A stretch of 63,438 bases of DNA, counting the filler, from Phoronis australis (Eukaryota > Animalia > Phoronida), in NCBI GenBank assembly GCA_002633005.1. It is 9 parts of 9 records of this genome, joined end to end, with 100 filler letters (N's around TTAATTAATTAA, not from the genome) between each part and the next. Parts side by side here need not be neighbours in the genome. Positions count along the whole stretch, not along the records: positions 49,965 to 55,398 come from NMRA01002339.1; positions 55,499 to 57,744 come from NMRA01003771.1; positions 57,845 to 60,437 come from NMRA01003580.1; positions 60,538 to 63,438 come from NMRA01003334.1; 5 more parts are not named here. One strand, written 5' to 3'. A program made the position numbers and the translations under genes. The notes under the pieces were generated by a model. The model made no database searches. It had not been told where the DNA came from and saw only the letters and a list, made by a program, of their open reading frames with translations. Below, piece by piece: positions 51,701 to 63,438 of this stretch. The stretch's first letter is position 1. Each line of letters opens with the position of its first letter.

Positions 51701-52305
51701 AATTAAATCTTAGCATTATACGTTTTCTTATGAGCCACAACAATGGAAACTCTTCGAAGGTACTGATCATAGACATCTTAATACTATTATTGTAAATGTG
51801 ATGTCTGAGGTACTGATCCTGTTCACTTCAAGTCTCACTGCTTGATCAGTTTGATATTTCTATACCACACCACTAGAGGCCACTTCCCCAGTACACGTCA
51901 GTCGCCGTCAAAATCATAACAAACTTAACGCAGGTGGGTATTTTTGCGATTTCGACTGATAAATATTCTTTATTAGTTGAAGTAGTTAATTAGGGTGTTT
52001 TTATGGACTGGTTGGGTATAGCGGTCCCTGATTTAGAGAGCCAGGCAATTACTGAATAACGGGCCCGTTACTTCGTGGATGAAGAAGCTGGTTCTCTACA
52101 CTAGTCAGGAACCGCTGGCGCTACATCCGACCAGTGCCGGTTTTTATTTGTGTGTGAAACCAAAAGCTGTGAAGTAGTGAATGTATATTGAAGAAATCAA
52201 ATTTACGAATAATTATGAAGAAGCAAAAGGTGTCCCAGGTGGCAGGGTAAGACATGTTAGACTAAATTGTAAAAGTAAATGTCGTTATACACTTAAAGAA
52301 TAAAA

Positions 52306-53038
52306 TAGCCAGCCAGCTAGCTGTATGAAGACTCGTCAAAATAAAGCCAGGTACAACTGTGTGTATTTCTTCCGTAGACCCCGAAATTGCACACAGCCAG
52401 GGTAGTTTCTTCGTCATCTCGCCGTGAAACTTGTATAAACATGTAAAGCTAAAGACTAGACGGGGTTCATGCAAAATTTGGGAATCGAACGACACTCACC
52501 TTGCCAGTTACAGCCGTTTAAGTGCAAAACAATGCAATAAACATCATTTTCTTGCATAACTCTCCGCCTTTTGTAACAATGAAAAGTATGTCATCGTTTT
52601 GAAAACGCTCGTGTCACGCGCACGCGCCATTTCCTAAATTTTGCGACATCTTTTGGGAGATGATAATAGCTTGGCAGCATCAAAATTTCTTCTGAAATTC
52701 GGTTTTCCTGTATCAAAATTCTAAAAACTTACAATGAAGTGAAACCTGTTCTGATAATTTGTTGTGACGGGTACGCAACCTCGTGAAAGAACAACAATTG
52801 AATGAAGAATCAGCGAAAAAAGAAACTGGCCCATACGTGACACAATATTTCATGGCGCCGAAAGCCGTTGCTAAAGATCCCTCCACAACTTCAGCAGCCG
52901 AATAACCGCAGAACGCCATTTTTTCCAACACCGTTAAATAATTTAATTTAGTCAAGGAAAACTGTAGTTTTTAATGATGTCCACTAACTTTGTGTCAGAT
53001 TTTATCTTACCACTTTTTTACCCACATCGGTGCAAAGA
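52306..53038 (-). mobile_element. Full copy of the CTGGCTGGCTA-ending repeat family, upstream of the YIPF5 coding exons
   Basis: Reverse complement of 34852-35546 plus the TCTTTGCACCG 5' end. Confidence 0.85.
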
Positions 53039-53682
53039 AAAATACCAATTGATTGGATTTGCTCATTTAATGAAAATTCTTGACTGATATGGTAGTAACC
53101 AGTCCAGCAACATCTTCCAACACTCAGTGCTTGCTGTGTTGTTTACTGGCAATGCTCATAGACAGGACAGATTGTTTATGATAGTTCCGCACCATCATTC
53201 TTGCATAGACTCCTAAGCACCTCACTATCGACACCAATTGTCCAGTAGGCCTCTCATGGGGGTTATTTGATTAGCCACCTGAGACAATACCAGTCATACC
53301 ACTAATGCCACAAACTCAAAATACTCGGTGGAGGTGATATCTAAAAGACTGATGTGTCCACCCAACTTGACAACATGCTTTACAGACCCCTTCTATATGA
53401 AAGTTTCCCTTGCATTTGACTTTATTTGTTTGCTTGCTATGCATAAGAACTCTTTCTGACATTGGCTTCTAAACTCTTAAACAAAGCTGGAATTTTTTTA
53501 TTTATCTGAAGCCAATCCATTGTGGCTTTTGAGAATAAGCATTAAATTGGTCATCACCATAATGATTGTCATAGTTCAACATTTTTGTTGAAGGCACTCT
53601 TAGAAGTGATTGTGACAGTGATTGCGGTCTTTCAATCAGACACGTCTTTGACAGATTCTGACATACTGTTATCAGGTAAACC

Positions 53683-55313
53683 ATGTCTGGGTTTGGCCAA
53701 GATGGTGGCTTCTACAGTGCAAACTATGAGGACCCAAATCAGGGATATGACATGAGTGGAGGTCAGTATGGACAAGACCCTTATATGCAGGACCAGTAAG
53801 TATTAGCTTTGCCGTAGCATTAAGTACAGCACACGCCAAAAATAATGGGACAAAACAGTTTCCCTGTCATGACGGTGCACTCTAACTACTTTGAGGGAGA
53901 TTTCCATTTATTTTCAGCTTCTATGATAGGGAATTTCACACACGCTCAACTGTCATCGTGGGGAATTCCGGGTCATTTTGTCTGATTATTTTTGGCATAT
54001 GCTGTGGATTAGTTTTGCCTGTTATGTTCATCACAGTATTTAAACCCTACCGTAAATGGTAACATCCGCCAATTTGGTTTCTGCTGTGTGTCATTCTGAA
54101 CACACCAATGCCATACATTGCCAAATGTAATGAAGGGTTAAGCAAATTCTGTAGGGTTTTATTAACAACTTTGGAGGGTTGAGGAGGGTCACGGGATTAT
54201 AACATTTTACCTGTCTAATGGTAGTTGATATCCTGGAACATGGTGTAGTGTACTTTTTAGTGTAAAAGTGTACTTTAAAGTGAAAAAAGTACAGTTATTT
54301 CCATATGAATGCATTTTATTGCTCAATAATATGGATTTCTTGTCATAAAAGAACCAAACGTTGCTAAATAGTAGAAATAATCAAGCAGGCTCAATGTGCC
54401 TTCGTAAAATAACAGTAAAAACCAGAGGACGTGTGAAACATCAAAATGGTAGCATGCTCTTCAGTTATGCACCTACACACTCTGCTTGTAGTGATAAGAT
54501 AAGTGGCTCCCTCTGGCAATTTCAGCCATGAACGCTGGTAGGTCGCAGTAGACATCTCCCAGTCGCAGAATTACCCCTTTTTCTTTGTGTATTTTATCTG
54601 TGCAACTTACTCTTAAACTTGGAGAATCATTACATGAAACTTTGTCCGAGAGATGCGAAAAAGGCGACGTGTGTATGTCTAATTTGTGAGAGGTTTACCG
54701 TTTTTCTTGTTGATGTTATTTAACTTGACCTGAAAAATAAGCTAAGTTTGTTTTACACCAGCAAAGTACAAATTGATTATCCCATGGAACTTTGGGCTCT
54801 GTTGATTATCCATCGACTTCTTAGTTCCTACAAATTGATGAGTGTCTTTCAGTCTTCTAAGTCGTTGATTCACCAGAAGAATAGAGGACACCACGTGATG
54901 GTGAATCGCAGGCAGCAGATATGTCAGACAGTCTCTGACAAATTATTAGTGTTTGGGAAAATCTCATGGCTGTTATTCACTAGGACAATATAGGGCACGT
55001 AGTGGTGGGTGACAAAAGTGGTTCTTTCTTATCACGGAGGACCTGGAAATTTATAAAAATTGTCTTCAATCAGTTGCAGTCAGTGGTATTTTAACTTGGT
55101 CTCTTCCTGAAGCACGTCTATGGTAAGGGATGCATCACCTTCAAACATGTTTGTTTTCTTGCAGACAGTTTGGCCAGTTTGACTACTCCTCTCAACAGGG
55201 TTACAGTAGCCCTCCACAGGGGTACAGTGGATCCATCATGACACCAGACATGTCACAGATGGCCTACGAAGGCCAGGCAGACAGTTTTGAAGATGAACCT
55301 CCACTTATGGAAG
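53683..55313 (+). CDS. YIPF5: Yip1-domain family member 5, first two coding exons (53683-53795, 55165-55313); truncated by contig end
   Basis: MSGFGQDGGFYSANYED...QQFGQFDYSSQQG...YSGSIMTP...SFEDEPPLME. The MSGF start and FEDEPPL.E motif are those of YIPF5/Yip1A; GT-AG borders, in phase. Confidence 0.88.
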
Positions 55314-55596
55314 GTCAGCTGTAGGGCTGGGTGGGGTTGTGCATGTAGCGAAATTGTATTGTGTAGGGATGGTTAGGTATAGTGGCACGGGTTGAAATNN
55401 NNNNNNNNNNNNNNNNNNNNNNNNNNNNNNNNNNNNNNNNNNTTAATTAATTAANNNNNNNNNNNNNNNNNNNNNNNNNNNNNNNNNNNNNNNNNNNNGT
55501 TTTCAGTTGGTCCTCCCACTCCAACTTACTTAGTCCAAGGCGACTCGGCCACACACTTCGTAAGAGTTCCTCTCCCAAAGTTTAAAGAGCACAAAC

Positions 55597-55703
55597 CTTG
55601 GTTTGTGAAGACATTCTTTTATCCCCTTTTTCCACGAAATATTCAGTGCACTCCAAGCTCCACGCATTTTTGACTGCAGAATCGCACTATTTGTCACCGC
55701 CAT
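55597..55703 (-). CDS. Candidate first exon of an unidentified gene (MAVTNSAILQSKMRGAWSALNISWKKGIKECLHKP)
   Basis: AAAATGGCG start and donor AAG|GTTTGT; a second strong donor lies at 55529. Confidence 0.3.
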
Positions 55704-55944
55704 TTTATACCAAATGCAGACACACTGACTAGACAAGGGACGGCAAACCAGAACAGACTTGGCAATAACAAATGTAGTGAATGAAGATATTACCGAATCT
55801 TCTGAAGAAATTGTCAATGGTAGCAATTAATATGCAAAATGAAAAATACTCTGGGGTAGACAGAATTCCCGTTGAATTTTTTAAAGTTTTCAATTCATAA
55901 AATTAAGAAATTGTTTTGTACTTTTAAAATCATTAAATAAAATT

Positions 55945-57560
55945 TTGCATACCGGGACATTCCCAGACAAGTGGGCTATTGGCATAATGCTACCACCATC
56001 ATTCAAAAAAGGTGATGCATCTGATGCTACCAACCTTGGGGGCATTACGATATTGAACATTTTCACTAAAAGTCTTCACTTCAGTTCTAAATAAATGGTT
56101 GACATCATGGGTTNTGGCATAATGCTACCACCATCATTCAAAAAAGGTGATGCATCTGATGCTACCAACCATGGGGGCATTACGATATTGAACATTTTCA
56201 CTAAAAGTCTTCACTTCAGTTCTAAATAAATGGTTGACATCATGGGTTGACAAGAAAACTTTCAGAAGAATAAGCCAAGTTCAGAACAAAACTACTCAAC
56301 CATAGATAACATTTTTCATTTTCAACAGCTTCATAAAAAATACTTGTTGAAATTAACGTAAATCCAAACCATTTTATTGTGCATTTCTTGACTACAGTAA
56401 AGCTTATCATATAAATAAGCCAGGGATAACCTTTTTACATCTTAATATTAAAAGGTGTCGTAGGTTCTATTTCTTAAGTGTTACGAGATATGCATCCAAA
56501 TGTTAAATCAAAAATTAAATGTGACTTTGGAATAACTGACCATGGTGTCATACAAGGCTGTGCAATTATCCCTATCTTATTTTCATTGTATGTTAAGGTA
56601 GGTGGATACACAAAAAAAATTTTTTTGACTGTTTTTTACATTTTTATGTCATCCTAATCTTTAATTCTTTATGCACAGTATACTGAAGAAAAATAAAATC
56701 ATTCTGAAAATCCAAAGTTGTTTTTTTAGCTATATTTGACCAAGCCTNTAACTAGTTAAAACCCCCTTTTTACTCATTTTACTTAGGAACCTGGAGATTT
56801 GATCAGTGTATACACCTACCTTAATGAACTGGCAACTGAAGTACAGACTGGTAGAAACAGTGGCATACAGGTAAACCAAGATATAATGTATTCTTGTTAC
56901 ATTTTGCAGATGCTGTCACTGTGGTAGAGAAGGCTTCATTCATTCTAAAATCTCTGTTATATAAATGGAATATAATTGTGGATGTTGATAAATCAAATAC
57001 AGTGGTTTTTAAAGTGGACCCTGAAAGAATAATGAAAAATGGTTCTATAAAGTCCATTGCCAAGACAAGTTACATAATGCTGCCACAAAACCATTTGAAA
57101 GTAGAAAAATTGGTGTACCTAAGTGTAAAATGTATCATTTAAAACTGGGTTTGGCTGTGTTTGATTGCAACAAGGAGTTGGTGGTGAAATGAACTTTTTA
57201 AGTTCTTTTAAGCAAAGACTGTGACATGAATTTTCAATAATTGAAGTCATCTTCCCTTGAAAATATGGATAACTATGATATTTACCGTTCAATTAAATTT
57301 GAATTCATATGAAAAATACTGAGTATGTAGTAACCTGTCTTCAAATCAAAAATTTATGGCGAATTTGAGGTGTTCGATGCACCATGTTATGAATGAGTTG
57401 GGTAGAAGAAACAATTTACCTCGACCAAAAAGACTTTGTAAGCTTGTAAGATTGATGAAACAGAGATGCACTTTTTATGTGATTATCCTGTCCATGCAGA
57501 CCTATGGAAATATCTGCTACCACAATGTATTAGAAACAGAAACATCAAAGCACTGTTAGG
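55945..57560 (+). mobile_element. Decayed LINE (CR1/L2-group) reverse transcriptase
   Basis: Fragments TGTFPDKW, FKKGDASD..N..GITIL, STIDNIF, FYCAFLDYSKAY, GVIQGCAIIPILFSLYV and LLHFADA, with many frameshifts. Confidence 0.85.
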
Positions 57561-58312
57561 TTCACATTATATGTATGTATCCTTCATTCAACAAGCAATG
57601 TCAATTGGGAGCGAAATTATGAGTATTTGATGTATTTGCAGGAGTATCAACTGTTGGCCAATGACTCTATGAGTTTTGAAATACCGTACTTGTCTGGGTT
57701 ACTGTACAGGGCACTTAAATTGGGAATCTATAACAATAGGGGGTNNNNNNNNNNNNNNNNNNNNNNNNNNNNNNNNNNNNNNNNNNNNTTAATTAATTAA
57801 NNNNNNNNNNNNNNNNNNNNNNNNNNNNNNNNNNNNNNNNNNNNTCCGCAACCCCAAACATTCGGGGCCTCTGTGGTCCCCACATTTTAGGCTGTGCGCG
57901 CGCATCTGCCGAAATTCTGGTTAATCCCGTGCCCTGCCCCCCCCACTCAAAATCCTGGATCCGCCCCTTGTTTGTAGCTCACGGGATTTACAGCATAGAA
58001 GCTGTTAAAAATAGATTCACAGGACAGCGTTTTTGAATAGTGGCGATTTCGCAAACTTTCACGAAATTCTAAAATTTTGTTTGGGTTGTCAAATTCAGTG
58101 AATACATGTGGAAAGAATCAATATCTTTAAAAAAGTTACGTTTTCAAATGGACGGAGTCTTGTGGACAGTGTCCCAATTTCAACAGTTCGTCCTGTTGCT
58201 CTTGAAGGTATACGCACCTATCTATTACCAATCTCACACAATATTAGCAAAACTGATACGTTTAATAATGTTGAATACGTGTAGGAGCAACATGAACACC
58301 ATTCACGCTTAC

Positions 58313-59229
58313 CTGTGAAATACCTTCATAATTTGTTTCGATTCTTTCTACAAGGTCTATCATCGTGGTCCCAAGTAACTTCGCCGCCATATTCTGAAAC
58401 AAAAAAACGCCAGTATACTTCATTTAAAAAAGATACCAAACCCGGTTTTGGCCTATTAACAGATACTAAAAACGACTTTCCAATCCAGTTCTCTGAAACA
58501 ACATAATGCTCTAGCCCTTGACAACCCTCAAACGTTTGGAGGAAATTTTGAAAACTCCCTTCAAAGTTTGCTACTAAACGGGCAAGCGTGACCTACGCTT
58601 TTAGCAAATTGCACGGCAACTATGGGAAAAGACCACCCACCAAGCACCATAATCTGTGACATAGAGAGTATGAATTTTTAGTCGATTACTGCCTTGAACT
58701 TGGGAGATTGACGCCAATGATGCACTAGTAGGTGACAGAATGACGATTGGTGAAAATCGTCAAAACAGGATTTAGTATCCGATTAAGATTGCAAAAACAC
58801 TTTTGAGAAAATGCACATGCATTTCAAATACCATTGGACCGCACGCTTCACAACCGGATATGAACTTGTAACAAAAAGGTCAGACCATAATACATTGTTT
58901 GCAGAGTACGTGCTACCGTAGCATCAACTTACCGAGTTAACATTTTGAAGGACGTTGACATTTTACGTAAAAGTAATACACCTTGTCCGCAAAACATGCA
59001 GAAGTACCTTCGTCCCACTAATTTTGTTGAATGTTTGCATTTTACGGGTTTGTAAAATTGAAACCATGAAGTAACTCACTGTAAAGGAAAAGACGGCAAA
59101 AACCAGAACAGTCCTAATAATACGATAAGTTTTATCGTTTATACGGTTCGTTGACTCAACTTCGTCTTCATTTTCAGTGGGTAGGTTGACGTTTCCGTTG
59201 ATATCTGGTGACTTTTGGCAGTCCGCCAT
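58313..59229 (-). CDS. MFSD4/NaGLT1-like MFS transporter, first two exons (59080-59229, 58313-58393)
   Basis: MADCQKSP...TYRIIRTVLVFAVFSFT|NMAAKLLGTTMIDLVERIETNYEGISQ, with strong |GTGAGT, tttcag| and |GTAAGC sites; resembles the lGPTllDL motif. Confidence 0.7.
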
Positions 59230-60240
59230 ATCATAACTTCCAGTGAAAATTGTCCCTGTTTTGCATTTTAATTCAAGATCAAGACCTTTTATAATCCATC
59301 TATCGAATACGCGGGTCAAGAGGTGCCTCACGTCATGTAATCAACAGTTGTAGGATGACGTAGCCACGATATATATCAGTACAGTGTCCATACTCTTCCA
59401 CAATCTCCGTACACTCCGGCTGTCAGTTCGTGCGCGTTCCCAGCCTTTAATATATGGGGGGCTCGAATTTCTGACAAAGAGGACCTTTTGCTAACAAAAA
59501 TGCGGGAAGACTAAAAAAAGAAAGAAAACGGAGTACCACCTTCAGAACTGTGAACTGTGCGTCTGCGCCTTTTTAGTGCACTTTTGTATCATTTTCTCAA
59601 ACTTTTTGTTTCTCTGTGGTGGACCTTTTTACTCACTTCGCCAAATGGGAGGCTCGTTCGAGCCCCCGAGCCCCCGANAATAATACGATAAGTTTTATCG
59701 TTTATACGGTTCGTTGACTCAACTTCGTCTTCATTTTCAGTGGGTAGGTTGACGTTTCCGTTGATATCTGGTGACTTTTGGCAGTCCGCCATATCATAAC
59801 TTCCAGTGAAAATTGTCCCTGTTTTGCATTTTAATTCAAGATCAAGACCTTTTATAATCCATCTATCGAATACGCGGGTCAAGAGGTGCCTCACGTCATG
59901 TAATCAACAGTTGTAGGATGACGTAGCCACGATATATATCAGTACAATGTCCATACTCTTCCACAATCTCCGTACACTCCGGCTGTCAGTTCGTGCGCGT
60001 TCCCAGCCTTTAATATATGGGGGGCTCGAATTTCTGACAAAGAGGACCTTTTGCTAACAAAAAAGCGGGAAGACTAAAAAAAGAAAGAAAACGGAGTACC
60101 ACCTTCAGAACTGTGAACTGTGCGTCTGCGCCTTTTTAGTGCACTTTTGTATCATTTTCTCAAACTTTTTGTTTCTCTGAGGTGGACCTTTTTACTCACT
60201 TCGCCAAATGGGAGGCTCGTTCGAGCCCCCGAGCCCCCGA
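59116..60240. repeat. ~560-bp tandem duplication split by a single N (assembly artefact)
   Basis: 59116-59677 matches 59679-60240 almost identically. Confidence 0.9.
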
Positions 60241-60260
60241 GCCCCCTGGGTGCGCGCATG
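59991..60260. mobile_element. hAT-like MITE (TIR C(A/G)TGCGCG..CCCAG)
   Basis: CGTGCGCGTTCCCAG ... CTGGGTGCGCGCATG, with GGGGGCTCG/CGAGCCCCC subterminal repeats. Confidence 0.6.
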
Positions 60261-60361
60261 AAGTCAATACTGTTCACTTCACATACACATGGTTACGTTT
60301 TCAGTGGAGGCCATATGTATTATATTCCTTCTTGGAAGTTTTGAGTCCACACATACTTACG

Positions 60362-60437
60362 TGTGTGCACATAACCCTCTCTGTCACACAAAACTGTGTG
60401 CACATAACCCTCTCTGTCACACAAAACTGTGTGCACA
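60362..60437. repeat. 33-bp tandem repeat running into the gap
   Basis: TGTGTGCACATAACCCTCTCTGTCACACAAAAC, 2+ copies. Confidence 0.8.
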
Positions 60438-60537
60438 NNNNNNNNNNNNNNNNNNNNNNNNNNNNNNNNNNNNNNNNNNNNTTAATTAATTAANNNNNNN
60501 NNNNNNNNNNNNNNNNNNNNNNNNNNNNNNNNNNNNN

Positions 60538-62021
60538 TCATCGTGCCAATTACCAACAGGACTCGTGAACTGGACACTTTTGGAAATACTTCGGGAGTTA
60601 CAGCGTCTGTAAGACATTTCGAGACACGAGCTGTTTTTGAAAACGATAAAGATGTTCCGCGTGTGTTTTTTCAGCTGCCATTGGTTTTTAAAAGTAAAAT
60701 GTCCTTGTTTAGGATGTATCGCATTGATTTCAAATTCAAAATTAATCGAAAAGCAAACGAATCTCCAGAGGAATTAGCTCTTAATATAAAACTGACAAAC
60801 TATGATAAGTGTAACCCACTGAGTGTCTTGGAACATTTAAGCAACCTTGACGAGGTGTTCAGTAGAATCGACACGATACTAAAGCAGTCGCCAAGCGATC
60901 GTTGGAAGGTGGTCGCGTACATGAACAGAAGCAGTTCTCGTGTTCCTTTAAATCGTCTGCTCTTAAACTGCACCCTGACTCGTATATCCAGAGAAACTAC
61001 GGAAAGTCTTCAGCAACAGGTGTTGCACCGAAATGGGACGGTGTTCACCAAATGGCACCGAATCATAGGTGAACTAACAGACGAAGTTTGTGTTGACGAT
61101 TACCTTGCAATCATAAGTAACAGAACGAGCGAGCTGGATAATCACGCCCCTTACGAATCAAAAGAAATGGGGCTACTGTCACTTGTTCTAACTTCACTTT
61201 CCGTAGCCAGTCTCGTTTTAACTATAGCTGCCTACTTGGTGTCGGAGCGATTGAGGAAGTCGTTGGCTTTCCACTACACCGTGCTGATTTGTGCATCTTT
61301 GCTAGCAGCACAGACGTCATTTCAGTTTGGTTGGCGTCTCCGCGAGCACAAAATGCAATGTGTCGTCTGCTCAATCTGGACGCACTACTTTTATTTAGTA
61401 TACTTCACATGTACCGCCTGGTTGTCCGTATCAATGGCGCGGCGGTTGTCTAGCACAGCTTCTATGGCTGCCGTTAAGCAAACCACCTCGTCAGCAAGAA
61501 TCGGTAACAGGTTGGCTAATCTTTTGGCTGTTTTGAGTTGCCCACTTCCGGTTGTTGTAACAAGCGCAGTTCTTTACTTTTCCAACCCCTCTCCATTTAA
61601 GATTGGGTACGGCGACGAGAACTGCTGGATGTCAGAGAAAGCGGCAATAGCGTATTTCTTTGCCGTACCCGTTGGCATATCTATTTTTGTTAACATAGTT
61701 GCAGTCTTAATCATACTATGTTTCATAAGGAAAACCAACAACATGATGACGCAATCACAGAGATCACACAATGCCAAGTTGATCAGCATCGCCGTACGTC
61801 TGTGTTCACTGACTGGTGTCACTTGGGTTATTGGCTTCTTGGCAAATCTCGTGGGCCATGAGATCTTGTGGTACCTCTTCACCGTGTTCAATGCTTCCCA
61901 AGGCGTGTTTATAGCGTTGTCCTTTGTTGCTAGGAAAGACGTACTTGGGGAGTGTTGGGGTGTCATTCTGAATTCCCGAGTGTTCTCGACCATCTCTAGT
62001 CCCATGCCAGACGCAAGTTAA
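60538..62021 (+). CDS. Family-B-type (adhesion/Methuselah-like) 7TM GPCR, 5'-partial, uninterrupted ORF
   Basis: Seven hydrophobic helices with C...HYFYL..F..W, IGYG..NCW, FFAVP, GVTWVIGFL and WYLFTVFNASQGVFI. The ORF begins at the contig edge. Confidence 0.9.
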
Positions 62022-63438
62022 AAGCGATTAACTACAAGAGTTAGAGATAACATATCAACCTAATGTGAGACCCTAGAAAAATGTCCCGCAAAATTGGCCA
62101 ACTTTGGAGCATACAATGTACATGTAACATCTGGGAAATAATTGATTGTATTCATACGACACTTGTAGTTTCAGTGTTTTGTGCATTGTTCTCCAAAATT
62201 CCTTTAGCGGTTGTTTTCAGAATGTTCCAATATTTATCAAAAAATAAGATATTTATGCTTTTTCTGCATAAAAAGAAAACAAAATTTTAATTTTAAAAAC
62301 TTTATCAGCGTCAGGAACATTAAATGTATTAAATGAAATTGGGTCACGTTAGTGTTAGCTTTGATTTTATTAAATTTTGTTAAAAAGGCGTTGTCACGTG
62401 ACAGAATTAATGACAGATTGATAAAAGTCAAAAATCAAATTCCTCAGAAAATTTATTCTTTTATTAATTTGAAATCTAAAGTTTTGTAGATAATAGACTA
62501 AATACACTGCCTCGTCACTACGAAAAGATAACGATTCACATAGCACTAGAATTACATAGAACGTTAGCAACCAGTGTGCCAAGAATCCATCCCATTGGCG
62601 GATTTGGCCAACCAATCCGTCCAGAGTTTGCCGATTCAAGTCAGTGTCAAGTTGACGTTGAATTACTTATGATCGAAACCAAAGAACTATTTCGAAAGTA
62701 CGGAGGAATTTTGGTTTTTTAAGTTTTTTTCTCAAACTTTTTCTATGGGTTTTAAAACCCAGTACTTTGCATGTATTACTATTTAATATGCACCAGTGAA
62801 CGTGCAAAATATGAGCGAATATTACGAGTTTGCATGTTTGAATCCCTGCGTGATGTTCTCAAGCAACGCCGGGATTTTACACGTACCTGCACTTCCCGGA
62901 AATATAACATATTGCCTAAAGCACAACAGCTCACATTTAATTTATATGCCATCACTAGATATAGATTTTCCCGCGTACATAGGAATACTACTGCCGTATC
63001 CTATCGAGAATTTTCATCTAGTAATATCCCAACTCGACCTTCAGACATTCTCAAATGAAATGAATTCGAAATAGGATATTTTAGTAGAATTCCGAATTTT
63101 CAGTTTGGGATATATTCAGGTTAAAAGAATGAACCATTCAGTAATTTAAAAGTTCGTTATGAGCTTAGAAACAACAGATCCGGGAGTACAACATTGAAAC
63201 ATTAACTAAATATTTGTGCGTGCAACAGTTTTCAGTTGCTATGACGAGTTTCTTCGTTGTCTAGGTCTATTTTTGTATCTTAGTTTCTGGAATAGAAAGA
63301 GCAATAGAAATGTTTTCCCAGTGTTGTTCTGAGCTCTTGGAAATAACAGTGGAATTTGAGGTAAAGACTGTATTGCAAAAAGCAGATTTTACGCTACCAA
63401 GAAGAGTCGAGGAACGCTGCAAGACTGAGGCGATTTTG

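Noticed and set aside
52000-52190. FLFVCETK resembling the missing C-type lectin end
   Set aside because: It is on a different contig, lacks EPN/WND motifs and has no convincing acceptor.
59589-59894. Second copy of the MFS first exon as a gene duplicate
   Set aside because: It lies within the single-N haplotype duplication and is truncated at the N.

Overview
This is AT-rich, intron-containing animal genomic DNA, probably from a marine invertebrate. It is not one locus: nine contigs are joined by artificial N44-TTAATTAATTAA-N44 linkers, so gene neighbours across linkers are not real synteny. By manual exon reconstruction it contains one complete 10-exon SLC22 transporter gene (minus strand, 574 aa). 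It also holds fragments of TUBGCP3 (first 4 coding exons), YIPF5 (first 2 coding exons), an MFSD4-like transporter (2 exons), a secreted C-type lectin, a heme peroxidase last exon, a DCAF8-like acidic/CaaX last exon and an intronless family-B-type 7TM GPCR. The rest is rich in transposon debris: hAT-, Harbinger- and Mariner-like MITEs, a Helentron-like family carrying arrays of CTCF-like motifs, LINE and THAP remnants, and a decayed P2X7-ballast/KolX-like ORF. The most notable patterns are a repeat family lying antisense just downstream of 5' exons of housekeeping genes, TE-borne CTCF-like motif arrays at ~150 bp spacing, and three copies of a 6-bp-TSD MITE in one intron. All family assignments come from motif recall, not database searches. 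I found no clear-cut novel system.
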